Shown here piece after piece: positions 63,139 through 64,000 of a DNA stretch of 64,000 nt. Position 1 is the first letter of the stretch; each line of letters opens with the position of its first letter. The DNA is from an uncultured delta proteobacterium (GTDB lineage Bacteria; Desulfobacterota; Binatia; UBA9968). Location: NCBI GenBank assembly GCA_963816145.1, contig CAWFJP010000011.1, positions 128,001 to 192,000 of the forward strand. The letters run 5' to 3'. Below the pieces are notes generated by a model. That model was not told the DNA's origin, searched no databases, and worked only from the letters and a program-made list of their open reading frames with translations. A program made the position numbers and the translations under genes.

Positions 63139-63520
63139 TTGGGACCTCCGTCCTAGCTCGAACGACTTCCAAAGCTAACTGCGAGACCGAGGCTGATAAA
63201 AGCTAAAAGCTGGTGACTCTGTTTCGCGAGCCTAGTCGAGCACGAAGCTGAGTGTCAACCGGCCTTAAGATCTTCCTCGTGGTTGTATTTACTGATCGAA
63301 ATGGAGAGCAATGAGCGCGCCAGCGGAGCGGTTCACTGACTTCTGAATGAACGTGCTGAATTATCGAGGGAATCTCTGCTTGGCGAGCCGCGCGAAGACC
63401 TGTTCAATCCAAAGAAGGTAACTTTTATATTACCGCTGGCCACCCGAAGGGTAAGGGAAAAGTTACCCCCGCGCGGCGTTGATGTGAGAAATGTATTGTG
63501 CGTGCGTCGTTGGGATCCGC

Positions 63521-64000
63521 TCAGAACAGCAAACGGCCGGACAGTAATAATGCCGCCGTGCAAAGCCAATGGAGCAGGACGGACGCAAGGATACTCTCCG
63601 AACGCTCCCGCGCGATCCCGGAAGCGATGCCGAAAATAACCGCGCCGCCGACAATGAGTAACGATTGGCTGATTTGGATCTCGCCCCGTGAGCCAGTCAG
63701 GAACAGTACGATTGACGCCGCGGCATACAGCGCCGTCGATATCAAAGTCGGCCATGAGCGCCACCATGGCCCGCCGCTTTTTTGTATCGGCAGGCGCGCG
63801 GCAAGATGTCCGAGAATCACGCCGCGGAAGAGCAGCTCGGCGGCCAGGGGAGGAAGCAGAGCAGCGGCGCCGGTGAATTGAGACAGGTTGTCGGGTCCCA
63901 TGCGGTAGGCAATCGATCCCGGAGCCCAAATCCCGCCGGCAGCAGCGCCGACAAGTGCGGCGGGGAGCGTACTCAGCCAGCCAAAGCCCGCTGGCACTCG
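63521..64000 (-). CDS. CPBP/Abi (CAAX protease-like) membrane protein, C-terminal part
   Basis: 'AAELLFRG', 'RERSESILASVLLH'; motif 1 lacks one Glu; runs off the window. Confidence 0.7.
   Translation of the reverse strand, partial: RVPAGFGWLSTLPAALVGAAAGGIWAPGSIAYRMGPDNLSQFTGAAALLPPLAAELLFRGVILGHLAARLPIQKSGGPWWRSWPTLISTALYAAASIVLFLTGSRGEIQISQSLLIVGGAVIFGIASGIARERSESILASVLLHWLCTAALLLSGRLLF

Overview
Bacterial chromosomal window, GC-rich with AT-richer inserts. Gene content (many ABC substrate-binding proteins, VOC/M24/amidohydrolase/LigAB enzymes, a multi-GAF kinase, dense palindromic repeats) suggests a Binatia/Deltaproteobacteria-like genome (inference). Scattered indels suggest an imperfectly polished long-read assembly. 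It holds housekeeping genes (lnt, nth, gshB, rsmE, prmA), tRNA-Phe(GAA) and tRNA-Thr(CGT), and aromatic/heterocycle catabolic clusters. A decayed island upstream of tRNA-Thr carries a truncated IS21, a membrane patatin-like phospholipase, xis-int, an IS5 remnant, higBA and a duplicated integrase tail. A signalling operon carries a ~9.6 kb, 17-GAF histidine kinase, a receiver protein and a sigma54 activator. Highlights: (1) a group II intron inserted exactly into one arm of a dispersed CACGAAG palindrome and truncated flush with its 3' exon; (2) a sigma54 promoter ahead of Cys/His-rich microproteins, including a canonical C2H2 zinc finger absent from the ORF track; (3) several unrelated MITE-like shells each carrying a REP-like hairpin; (4) the alternating GAF cassette array.
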